A stretch of 64,000 nucleotides of DNA from Naegleria gruberi (Eukaryota), in NCBI GenBank assembly GCA_000004985.1, contig GG738862.1; one strand, given 5' to 3'. Numbering within the stretch: position 1 is the stretch's first letter; every line of letters begins with the position of its first letter. This document shows positions 1 through 9,759 of this stretch, piece by piece. Position numbers and translations under genes: made by a program. The notes under the pieces were generated by a model. The model did not search any database and was not told the origin of the DNA. It saw nothing but the letters and a program-made list of their open reading frames with translations.

Positions 1-98
1 TGTACGATACGGATAAAACAATTATTGTAATGATTGAAAGAAGTATGAAGGAGGAATTCCATAAATCCAACACTTTTTATTCCATTCTTTCCATTCTT

Positions 99-1418
99 TT
101 ACAAATCAGCTGATTCAACATCAATATGTGGAGTCAATTCATATCTATAGACCTTATTGTTGGAACTTGTTACGAGATATGGGAAACCATAACCACTTGA
201 AATGCGAGAGGGAGATGTTTTGATGATCTTACCAGTGGAAATATCGTATTGAATATAAATGCTGTTTTCTGCTGAATATTCCATTGATAGAATGGTCTTG
301 GAGTCAATTTGGGCAATTACGAGGGCAGAAGTGTCAGTTGACCAAATCAAGTTTGGTTCGTTTGGCAATGGCTTTAAGGAATTTTTATCAAATCTGGATT
401 TGACTGCAATAATCTTTTCTGAGCCTCCAAAACCTGAAGTTATTTCACACTTGACAATTGACGTAATTTCCAAAATATTTCCAGTTTGATTGGCAGTAGC
501 AATTGGATAAGAACAAGCTGAATTAGAATCAACATGTGGCATATGTCTAGTACTCATCACTTCAAGTCTTGTTTCAATTTGGTTTTCAATATTAAGGAAA
601 GATACAGAAATAGAAGTATCGTTTGCTAAAGTAACCGAAACCCATCCATTCACACCACTCACATATGCGATATTATCAATATCATGTGGGAATTTGAATG
701 AAGATATGATCCGACCATCGTTTACACGAATTTTGTGCAAAATGTTGTAATCAGCTGCATAAATGACATCATCCTTGCTATTTGCAGAGTTGACCAAAAT
801 CATTTCACTTCCAGTAACGTTTGCAGTCCACTTCAATTGGAGAGTAGTGGCATCTAAACCAAGAATGGAAGGAGGAGAAGTTCCAATAATGTAAAAATTT
901 TGAGTTTCAGCTAAAACTGAAGTATAAATGTTTGTTCTTTCAAAATGCGAAACTTGGCCGATTCTATTGGAAAGGTCAACTCTGACAATTAAGGAATCGT
1001 CACCACTCAAAAGAATGGTAGCGAAATAATTTCCCTTACTATCAAGACGAGCACTTGAAATACCAACAAAACCATCATACTTTTCAAAATTTGGAATTGT
1101 GACATGAATGAAATTGGACTTGCCACTTGTCATGTCAATTTCAAGCAAAGTAAATGGTTTAAAGGAATATTGAGTGTATGATTTTCCACGTACTGTATCA
1201 AAAACTGTTTCTTCAACACCATTAGTGCCATCATTAGGAAATGGCACTTTAATATTCCATGGAGCATGTTGTTTGTTGAATAAGATTCTGCTAGATCTAT
1301 ACGAATCATAACCTCCCTGGACGAATTGACCATTCACATGCACGTTAATACAGAGGAGTACTACCATCAACAAGAAGGCCATTGCCAACTTGTTTAAATT
1401 GTTTCTAACAATTTGCAT
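99..1418 (-). CDS. hypothetical secreted protein (signal peptide; possible beta-propeller-like repeats)
   Basis: The long minus-strand ORF 99..1664 begins with GTG in the ORF track. The first in-frame ATG is at 1418-1416 (MQIVRNNLNKLAMAFLLMVVLLCINVHVNG, a hydrophobic signal-like N-terminus). No recognisable catalytic motifs. Confidence 0.45.
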   Translation of the reverse strand: MQIVRNNLNKLAMAFLLMVVLLCINVHVNGQFVQGGYDSYRSSRILFNKQHAPWNIKVPFPNDGTNGVEETVFDTVRGKSYTQYSFKPFTLLEIDMTSGKSNFIHVTIPNFEKYDGFVGISSARLDSKGNYFATILLSGDDSLIVRVDLSNRIGQVSHFERTNIYTSVLAETQNFYIIGTSPPSILGLDATTLQLKWTANVTGSEMILVNSANSKDDVIYAADYNILHKIRVNDGRIISSFKFPHDIDNIAYVSGVNGWVSVTLANDTSISVSFLNIENQIETRLEVMSTRHMPHVDSNSACSYPIATANQTGNILEITSIVKCEITSGFGGSEKIIAVKSRFDKNSLKPLPNEPNLIWSTDTSALVIAQIDSKTILSMEYSAENSIYIQYDISTGKIIKTSPSRISSGYGFPYLVTSSNNKVYRYELTPHIDVESADL

Positions 1419-1736
1419 TTTTTTTTTTGATTGTGAAATTCGACACAAGATTACGCTTCGATTTAAACTGTGTGGAATATGCAACGGAGATGAAAAAGGC
1501 AATTTATTTGAAATAATCAAATAGCGTTTTGAAATTGTAGAAATTTGTGCGTCCTTTTTTGAGAATAACAGGGAGTTTAAACTCCCTTTGATTTGCATTA
1601 TGTTTACAATTCTCTCCCGTACTAATTGCCCATAAGGAAAGAAGCGAAAGAATCCAAAGCGCACAACTGAAAAACCTTGATGTTGAGTTGTTTTTGAAAA
1701 CTAAATGTTGTGATTGTTATTGTATAATATATTAGT

Positions 1737-3173
1737 TTATTGTTCATCTGAAGAATCGTCATTCTTTTCACCTGAATTCAAAACTACAGCATCGCTTTCT
1801 ACCTTAATATCCTTTTCAGAGACGAATCTGTCAATATCCTCGAATGCAGATTTAATGCCACTGACTTCATCCATTAAGAATCTGCACAAGTGATTGGTAA
1901 TTTCTCTGAGGGAGAGTTTGTGATTGCTTGCCTTTTCAGTGTACAATTCTTGAATGGTTATTTCTTTGGAATTTTCTGGATAAATTGGAGTTTCAAATAA
2001 TTCAAACACTCTCTTCTTGATACTTTCCTTATCATTCAAATTGAAATGCCAAATTCCATTCATTCTACTCAAAAAGGCCTTATTCAACTTGATATCTTCT
2101 GTGTTATTGGCAGAGAAGAATCGAATAACACCATCAGAAGGTTCAACACCATCAATTGAATTCAAAATATTTGACATTTCATTGGCAGTACATGAATCCA
2201 AGTATCTGTCAAAATCTTCAATCAAAACCACATAGTATTGATTTTGTTTTGGATTAACAACTGTTTCACATTCATCATAACATTCCTCATCACAATCAGA
2301 ACATTCAAATTCCTTCTTCTCTTCAGCAGCTTGTTTGAAAATAATCTTGGAAGGTGTCAGAATTGTCTTGACAGCATCAGAATCCTTAATATGTTGACAA
2401 TCTTTCAAATTGGCAGTGTAAATATCCAAATTATACTTGGTTGCAATGGCACGAGCAAATGATGATTTTCCTGTACCTGGAGGACCATGTACGAAATAGT
2501 TCAATGAACAGCTCTTACCAACCTTGTGCAACTTGTCAATTTTTTGATGAATAATATTGAAATCTCTTTCAAACATGTCAAACTTGTCATCAATACCATA
2601 AACATGGGACTGTTCCAATTCAATATATTGATACTTTCTCATCCAATATTCTTCCTTGACATTGTAGGCATATAAATTTCTTCCAGGTTTTGGACTTCTT
2701 GCATTATTGACATACCACTCTACCAAATTTTGAACTCTTCTTGTAGGATAAACAATTAGAATGCTTTCTGGATAGATGGCCCTTGTTGTTGATCCATTTT
2801 CAGCTGGTCTTTCGATTTCTCTACTCGGAACATAATACACAGCAAGTGAATGTTTCACTCCAGCTTTTGGTCGATTGATCTTTGCAAAATTCTCATCAGA
2901 ATAAGATTTACAATCAATAACCATGGATTCATTGAATTCCAATAAAGTTTCCTCACCTTCCTTTGCAACCAAATGTCTACCCTGCTCATCAACCATCAAC
3001 ATTCTTAATTGATTCTGAAAAGTGGTGTAGAATCGTTGTTGGAAACACCAACATTGACTATCATTATCATAGCCGGCAATAACATGAGGAGAAGGATACT
3101 TTTCCAATAGGAATTTATAATCAACAAAGGTAGAATCAATCTTTGTTATGAGAGTGGTCGAAGAAGAGGCCAT
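1737..3173 (-). CDS. BCS1-like AAA+ ATPase
   Basis: True ATG at 3173-3171 (MASSSTT...). Walker A is GPPGTGKSSFARAIA. A Walker B-like YVVLIEDFD resembles the BCS1 'LLEDID' motif. There is a long N-terminal BCS1-type region. Single exon of 478 aa. Confidence 0.75.
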   Translation of the reverse strand: MASSSTTLITKIDSTFVDYKFLLEKYPSPHVIAGYDNDSQCWCFQQRFYTTFQNQLRMLMVDEQGRHLVAKEGEETLLEFNESMVIDCKSYSDENFAKINRPKAGVKHSLAVYYVPSREIERPAENGSTTRAIYPESILIVYPTRRVQNLVEWYVNNARSPKPGRNLYAYNVKEEYWMRKYQYIELEQSHVYGIDDKFDMFERDFNIIHQKIDKLHKVGKSCSLNYFVHGPPGTGKSSFARAIATKYNLDIYTANLKDCQHIKDSDAVKTILTPSKIIFKQAAEEKKEFECSDCDEECYDECETVVNPKQNQYYVVLIEDFDRYLDSCTANEMSNILNSIDGVEPSDGVIRFFSANNTEDIKLNKAFLSRMNGIWHFNLNDKESIKKRVFELFETPIYPENSKEITIQELYTEKASNHKLSLREITNHLCRFLMDEVSGIKSAFEDIDRFVSEKDIKVESDAVVLNSGEKNDDSSDEQ

Positions 3174-3521
3174 TATATGATTGTTTTGTTTTTCTTTTTG
3201 ATGGTATTTCTTGATAATTTACGAGCTATTTATTTTTAGCATTCAGTTCAAAATATTGAATCTTCATAGTAATTGAACCTGACAGTTCCATGTTGAACCA
3301 TATGGTTACAAATTCTTAGAAATCGTTGACTTAAAAAAGAGGGTTATCACTTAACTATTGCATGAATAAAGGACAACAAACACTTTGGAGGTTGAATCTG
3401 ATGATTCAATTGTGAAAAGAAAAGTACAAGATAAGGAAGGAATAACCAGATCTTGCCTTGCGATTCAACACTAAATTTGCCAACCACTCTCAAAATATCG
3501 TACAAAAACAAAAAGAGTAAA

Positions 3522-3640
3522 AGACTACAGCACCACAGGTTCCCAAGTTGTCTCCAACCTCAGTACTGATGTGGCTCGACGATGCTTAACTTCTCAAATC
3601 GGACGGGATGAGGTGCATTCATCGTGATATGGCCGTAGCC
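3522..3640 (-). rRNA. 5S: 5S ribosomal RNA gene (copy 1)
   Basis: Reverse complement reads GGCTACGGCCATATCACGATGAATGCACCTCATCCCGTCCGATTTGAGAAGTTAAGCATCGTCGAGCCACATCAGTACTGAGGTTGGAGACAACTTGGGAACCTGTGGTGCTGTAGTC followed by a T-run terminator. Identical to the other 5S copies in the window. Confidence 0.9.
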
Positions 3641-4167
3641 ATCCATAACCTCAAAAATATTCTGATGAACAAGCACTGTGATCCTGAGGTAAGTCCATGA
3701 AAATGTTGCAAGTTTGAATATATAGTTTCTCCTTTCAATCCATTCTGTTGATTACTCCTTAATCAAAATCCTTAATCAAAATCTGTAATTAGCAATCAAC
3801 TCAGTCAATTAGAATCACTTCCGAGCTAAATAAATGGAAGAATCAACCTAGCAAAAAACACAAAAGTGCTCCATTCACTTTCCGACTTGATGAAAAAACG
3901 TCCTCGTCCTTCTTCCGTGAGCGCGTTCTAACGTTTTTCAACAACTTGGTGAGCTGCTACAACTACGCACGTTCTTTTTCGTCATGGTGAAAATCCGAAC
4001 AATAGAAAAAGACCGTTGGAGTTTTATCTTCAACATAAATATTGGTGAGACTGCATGAAGGAACAAAAACACAATCAAAAAAAAAAGACTCAACAACTAA
4101 TTGTTCTATTGAAGAACTAACAACAACAAGATATCTTGATATCAAAAGAAAACATTAGAAAATAAGA

Positions 4168-4428
4168 ATGAACGCTGTTATTATTCCATCAAATACTTCT
4201 GCTACTCATAAGAAGATGCATGCCAAGAAACATTCACCCCTATCAGAGAGAAGAACCTTCTCAAGTGAATTAACTGTCAATTTGACTTCAGATAGAACTG
4301 CAATTGCTAATACTGCCAATCCAAAGAAGATCTATCATATGTCTCAATATTATACCAGAGACGAAATTGAAGAAATTTATTTCGAATGGTTGGCCACTAC
4401 TGAGTATATTAAGCTCTATGAAGATTAA
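4168..4428 (+). CDS. small hypothetical protein (86 aa)
   Basis: ATG at 4168. Basic/Ser-Thr-rich ORF with no recognisable domain. It is isolated in a 1.5-kb intergenic stretch and could be spurious. Confidence 0.25.
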   Translation: MNAVIIPSNTSATHKKMHAKKHSPLSERRTFSSELTVNLTSDRTAIANTANPKKIYHMSQYYTRDEIEEIYFEWLATTEYIKLYED

Positions 4429-4671
4429 TTCCTACAAATGAAGATTATTCGAAATAATCACTTGTCATTTAAGGAATTGAAAAGAATTGGTTGTGTTTGT
4501 TAACATCAAGAAAATGAAACGTATTCAATGCATGAAATTATCAAAAAACACTTGTAAATAGTAAACTGCTAATTTAACTTTAAAAATTGATTCCAATTCT
4601 TGTTACTTTTGCCTAAAATACGTGTAATTTAAAGTATACTTTCCAAATTAAATTATGAGCAAAGCCTCAAT

Positions 4672-6892
4672 TCAAAAGGCTAGGGTTCTAATGACACTAT
4701 CTTTATGTTTTGGAGTGTTCTTCCTCAAAAAGTAGTCCTTATCTTGAAAGTATGTTTTAACAATTTTTGCCTTTTGCTTTAAATGAACAAGCTGTGGAGT
4801 AGCATTATTCTCTGAAGGAATAAATAAAAGATCGAGTAAACTAAAAGCATCCATTCTCTTATCCATAGACTTGACCAGTATCTTTTTTTTGATAATGGAA
4901 AGAATGATACTTTCATCATTTGAAAGGTCCACATCTTCCAAATAACCTTCAACAGTCTCTTCATCTTCTAAAAATTCCAACCTCTCCTCATGAATAATTT
5001 CTAACAGAACCATTCCCAATGAATAAATATCGCTCTTTGGGGAAATTAAATTTTTCTCAACTCTCTCAGGAGATCTGTATCCTGCAACATTAAGGGATGT
5101 GTAAAATAGGTTGAGTAGTTTGTAAACTTACCTTCTGAAAAATTCTTTGATGTCAGTGGATTCAAGTTCTTATCTACACATATTCCATCTTCAAGAGAAA
5201 ATTTCGTTGCTATTTCAAAATCTATCAAAAACCAATGCTTATCATACAACACAATATTTTCTGGTTTGATATCATTATGTGTAATTTGGTGTTTTTGTAA
5301 GAAACAGAGCTGAACAAGCAAATCAATGAAAAAAGCCATAATATTAATCTTCTTTCCCTTATTAAAGAACCTAGTCATACATTTACCAGCTAATGAAAGT
5401 GAAAAATTCCCATCAATCATTGGAGCATACAGAGTTAGGAAGTTATATCTTATAGAATCCTCATTAATGTTAATATTTGGTTGGTATTTAATAAAATACT
5501 CAACGCCATTAATTTTCCCCTTTTTGAGAGTTGAGCGGGTTTGGATTGGGTCAAAATTTTTGTCGTATTCTATCAATTGATTGTCTGCATCTAATTTAGG
5601 AAATGAAATTTCATTCTTTTGGTTGGATGACATCATACTTATTTGGCGTTGTGTAGTTAAATATTCGGTAACCTCTTCATTATTTGGATAAATGAGAGCT
5701 GTCATAATTCTAGCAATGAGATGAATTCGATCCATAACAACTTCGTGCTTATAGGATCCAATGAATGAAAGAGTAAAATTTGAAAGAGTTATGGATTTAC
5801 CATTCAAGCTGATTGATGAGCAGTGCAAAGAATACAAATGAGATGCCTGTCTGTCTGTTGTGATACCTAGAACTAATACTTGATTGTGCCATTCCTCAAT
5901 ATCTTTCTTGATAAGCTGCCTCATGGCATGAGAGAGGGCAATCTTCATCTGAGAAATGAGAGCTATAAAGTCCTTGTGGCTGGTGTGACTTTGATAAATA
6001 TCCGGCGAATCTTCTCTGATAACCCTAATGCATTTGTAACTATTTTTAAAAGTAACAATGGTAATATCGTCAGGTCTAAAGTCGGGAATGCTGGCCTGAA
6101 GATTGCCATCCAAACTGCCAACAAAATCTTGAATGCTAGAATTTCTGAACACCTCGAGATTAGTATTTAAAATCAAGTAACTTACGATCCTCCTGAACAG
6201 CCAGAAAAAATAGAGGTAAATCCCATTATTGGAGCAAAATATAATCTGGTAAGTTCCATTTCACTCTCCTCCATTGAATTACGAAATGGAGGGATTATTG
6301 AGCTGAATATTAAATTGTCTATTGTTTTCAATCGAAGATTATAGGATGACACATTATTGGTTGCATCAATTTGATATTCTATATTTTCGTATTTCTTGTC
6401 CAATTTTAGCCCTTCTTTCCTTAACTCATAAATTAGGGTCGAAATATCAGGATTTTGAAGATATCCAAGCAATAATGCTTGAATATTTTCTATTGTTTTC
6501 TTTTTTTCTTCGAATAAAGGATTAGTTTGACTGTTGTTCAATGTGATACCAAAGCCATACAAGGTATATTTGAATATGTTTGCCAGCTTGCTATTGTTGA
6601 TTGAAAAATGAGCAGGAAATTGAACTTTTTTGATATCCTCCAAGTTTGCAATGTTATGGTTATTTACAATATCGTTAAGTTTCCTTTTGGACGGTCTTTT
6701 CAAAGTCTTTTCGTTAATATTGTAAAATTTGGAAACAATATTAAGGGAGACAGCCATTTGCACATTCTCTATGACTTTTTTCTTACAATATTCTTTTTGT
6801 TTGTTAGACTTTTCTGAAGTTTCATTGGAATGTCGGTCATTGATTTTCTTTCGTTTGTTCTCTGCAATTAAGGTGGAAGCTTTTCTTTTCAT
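4672..6892 (-). CDS. protein kinase with N-terminal extension (3 exons, ~709 aa)
   Basis: Model: complement join(6186..6892, 5132..6144, 4672..5081).
- Intron 1 (6145-6185, 41 nt): GTAAGT donor sits at the ORF-track stop of ORF 6182..6937; acceptor gtgttcag; phase 2. It joins in frame to MILNT.../NSSIQDF.
- Intron 2 (5082-5131, 50 nt): gtaagtttac...tgttgcag; phase 1. It joins ...KNFSEG to YRSPERVEKNLISPKSDIYSLGMVLLEI (kinase subdomains VIII-IX).
- Catalytic loop HNDIKPENIVL; DFG appears as DFE; APE as SPE.
- Total 2130 nt = 710 codons.
- The first in-frame ATG at 6892 is assumed; the ORF-track start at 6937 is GTG. Confidence 0.6.
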
Positions 6893-7319
6893 TTTTTTTG
6901 AAAATAATGGCGCCAAAAAGGCTGAGTTGCTGTCCACGTTCTTCTTTTCTTCATCATGTAAGGCAAAAGTATCTCGTTCTAAATTTCTAATGTGATCGAT
7001 ATCATCTGTTTGTGGTTGGTTTTTGTTCTTCTTTTTGGTATTCGATTGTTGGGATGATGCAATTAATTGGAAGAATGGACTCTTTCTTAGTTTTGGTTTG
7101 AATTTTTACACTTGGAGGGTAGAAAGCAAGAATTAGAGCATCATCATTTCAAATGACTTCAGCTTGTAAAGATTTAAATTTACCAAATGATGCCTTTCCC
7201 TGCTTCCTCACCATCCTGCAAATATTGGTTTAAGCTTGAATTACTAAGTAACTCATCTAGAAAATCAGCTGAATGTTTTGCATATCATCATTGATGAATA
7301 TTTTGATGAATACTAGATG

Positions 7320-7950
7320 TGAAGTAATAAGAAGAACAGTGCTGTTAGATAACATCCAGGGGATGTATTCATTATTGTATTGATGAAGATTAACCATGTG
7401 GATGATGAATCGTTATTGTTAGGAAGTATGCAAAAATTCAACTTTCCAATCTCGTAGTTTTAAACAACTCTAAAAACATTAAATTCCCACATCAGGATGG
7501 TACGATAACATACCTTCTCCTGTTGTTGAAATTGAGCAAGTTATAAAGATGTGGTGAAATAATATTCGCACCACATTCTCCAACTCTACTCAAAGGAAAG
7601 TTTTGAGACTTCTTGGATGATGATATTGATCATTTAGAACAAGTATTATAATACATGATGTTCTTGTTGCTCTAGTTGCATCATTAAAGATGAAAATATT
7701 AATATTAATAAATTGATGAAATTATTCTTGAATTAAAACGCTCGGATACACATCATTGGTATATTGATGATTGTTAACATATGATGAAGATTTTAATCCA
7801 TGAATTCAACAAAGGTTTTCATCAGTTAATAATTTGCCTTTTAAAATTCGTAATTCATGATGGAATACAACAAAAACATCTTCCATACATTCCAACTATC
7901 CTATCATGTTGTGTATTAAATGTTTTTTCCCAAAATGAAGACTTGCTTTT
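7320..7950 (+). repeat. dispersed non-coding element R1, copy A (candidate structured ncRNA / snoRNA-like cluster or non-autonomous element)
   Basis: About 80% identical in blocks to 57300..57940, in the same orientation. Shared blocks: tgatgaagatt..gatgatgaat..attgttgggaag..aaaattcaactttccaatct; cctgttg(t)tgaaattga(g/a)caagtt; tctccaactctac; catttagaacaag..gatgttcttgttgc; gatgaaaatattaa.attaataaattgatgaaa; ccttttaaaatt(c/t)gtaattcatg. Many RTGATGA (C-box-like) motifs. No ORF. Confidence 0.45.
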
Positions 7951-8057
7951 GAATGGTGATGAGTAAATTTTTTTAATATTAAATACGTAAAAATATTATT
8001 GTAAAAATTATTAAATATTAAATTAATTTTACAAAATAAAACTATATTAGATTAATT

Positions 8058-9347
8058 TTACTTCTTTTTTTGTCTTCTTAACGCTAAAGTTACTTTAACT
8101 GTTAAAAAAGCATTATCAATTTCCAATGAAATTAATTCAGGTAATTCACCAATTGCAATTGCTCCTTTCATACTCAAATAATTACTCATCAAATTGACAC
8201 TTGTCAATTGTTTCATTCTTTCACTAATTAACAAAACTCCTTCATCATCAATTTCATTAAATTTTGCATCTAAATGAACTAATTGATCTAGTTCACAAAT
8301 CCATTCCACACATTTCGAATTTAGCCTATTAAATCCAATGGAAAGAGAAGTGAGAGTTTTTAAATTACTGATTGATCTGATTCCTGCAACAGTTATATGA
8401 TTTTCAGTGATATCCAAATCAGTTAAATGTTTCATATTCAGACTAATCAATAGAGCTCCTTTGTCACCGATTTGATTGTAATTGAGATTCAATCTGGTCA
8501 ATTTAACCAATTCACAAAGATGTTGAACTCCCTCTTGTCCAATAGAATTTTTTTTGATATTCAATTCTGTCAAATTTTTCAATTTTCCAATTGATCTAGC
8601 TCCATCTGTCGTTATCGAATTATTCTCAACATTTAATCGTGTCAATTGTTGCATTTCACCAATTACTGATGCTCCTATCATTCCAATTTCATTATTTCCA
8701 ATATCTAGAGTATGTAAATGTTTCAATTCCTTAATTGGTAAAATTAATGAAATCATATTTCTTTGAATATACAATTCTTCCAAATTTATCATTTCTCCAA
8801 TAAAGTTAACTGCGTTATATCTGATAGTATTATTCTCAATCTTGAGAAGTTTCAAACGTGGAGCGAGTGGCCTTAATGTATCAAAGAGTAATTCCCCAAA
8901 AATGATATTTTCACTTAAAAAAAGTTTCGTCAAGTTTTTCATCTTTTCAATGGTTCGCCAAAATTCCAATAAAGTGTCGAAAACAATTCGGACACTTCTA
9001 ATAGATTCTAAGAACTGGCTACTGGCAAGTAATTTAACATTTTTTGCACTGATCACCTTTTTAAATTCAATATCAAGTTTCGAATAATTTCGAATGACAT
9101 TAAACCACTGTTTAGAAACCAAAGCACAATGATTCAAAACAAAATATGGACGAAGAAAAGAAAATATTTCATAGCAAATATCATCCAGAAATATTTCTAT
9201 TATTTGGTTTGAACTTTCGTAAACTTTCCAATAGTTAATTTTCATAGCCATACCTTTACGTTCCACAATTTCCGATTCCTTTTCATATTCCACTTGATCT
9301 GCACTATCTAACTGACCAACAACATTTCCTTCCAGATCTCTATGCAT
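8058..9347 (-). CDS. F-box / leucine-rich-repeat protein (RNI-type LRRs)
   Basis: ATG at 9347-9345. N-terminal F-box-like segment (IFSFLRPYFVLNHCALVSKQWFNVI). About 12 RNI-type LRRs follow (NLTELNIKKNSIGQEGVQHLCEL etc.). Single exon, 429 aa. Confidence 0.7.
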   Translation of the reverse strand: MHRDLEGNVVGQLDSADQVEYEKESEIVERKGMAMKINYWKVYESSNQIIEIFLDDICYEIFSFLRPYFVLNHCALVSKQWFNVIRNYSKLDIEFKKVISAKNVKLLASSQFLESIRSVRIVFDTLLEFWRTIEKMKNLTKLFLSENIIFGELLFDTLRPLAPRLKLLKIENNTIRYNAVNFIGEMINLEELYIQRNMISLILPIKELKHLHTLDIGNNEIGMIGASVIGEMQQLTRLNVENNSITTDGARSIGKLKNLTELNIKKNSIGQEGVQHLCELVKLTRLNLNYNQIGDKGALLISLNMKHLTDLDITENHITVAGIRSISNLKTLTSLSIGFNRLNSKCVEWICELDQLVHLDAKFNEIDDEGVLLISERMKQLTSVNLMSNYLSMKGAIAIGELPELISLEIDNAFLTVKVTLALRRQKKK

Positions 9348-9759
9348 TTTTTAAATCAATTAATTTTAATTATTATTACTAAATTTCAAAATTTTTCTCT
9401 TTCTCATTGTGAATTTTGCAATTCAAAATTTTTTTACAAAGATGCAATATTTAAATATTGTAAAGTGAAAGGAAATTGTATTGGAACAAGACGAGAGCTT
9501 TCTATTGTCTGTAATGGATAGATCGGGTAATGTCTTTCTACATTGCATTTTTAACCATGTTTACTGCCCATCAAATCATAAAATCAATCTTCACGCTATG
9601 ACAACTGACAATCTTCGATTTTCTATCATCAAGAAAAAAAATTGCTCTTCTTCAACAATAACATCTTTGCACCACCCGAATAGCTTTCTACCGGTGATCA
9701 AACTTTCAACTCAACCGATTTACCACTAAATTCTATTCGAAACTTTAAACTATTCGAAA

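Noticed and set aside
3880-3960. Locally GC-rich ~80-bp segment (ccgacttgatgaaaaaacgtcctcgtccttcttccgtgagcgcgttctaacg...), considered as a possible snRNA
   Set aside because: I could not match it to U1, U2, U4, U5 or U6 conserved boxes by eye, and no terminator or structure is evident. It is left unannotated.
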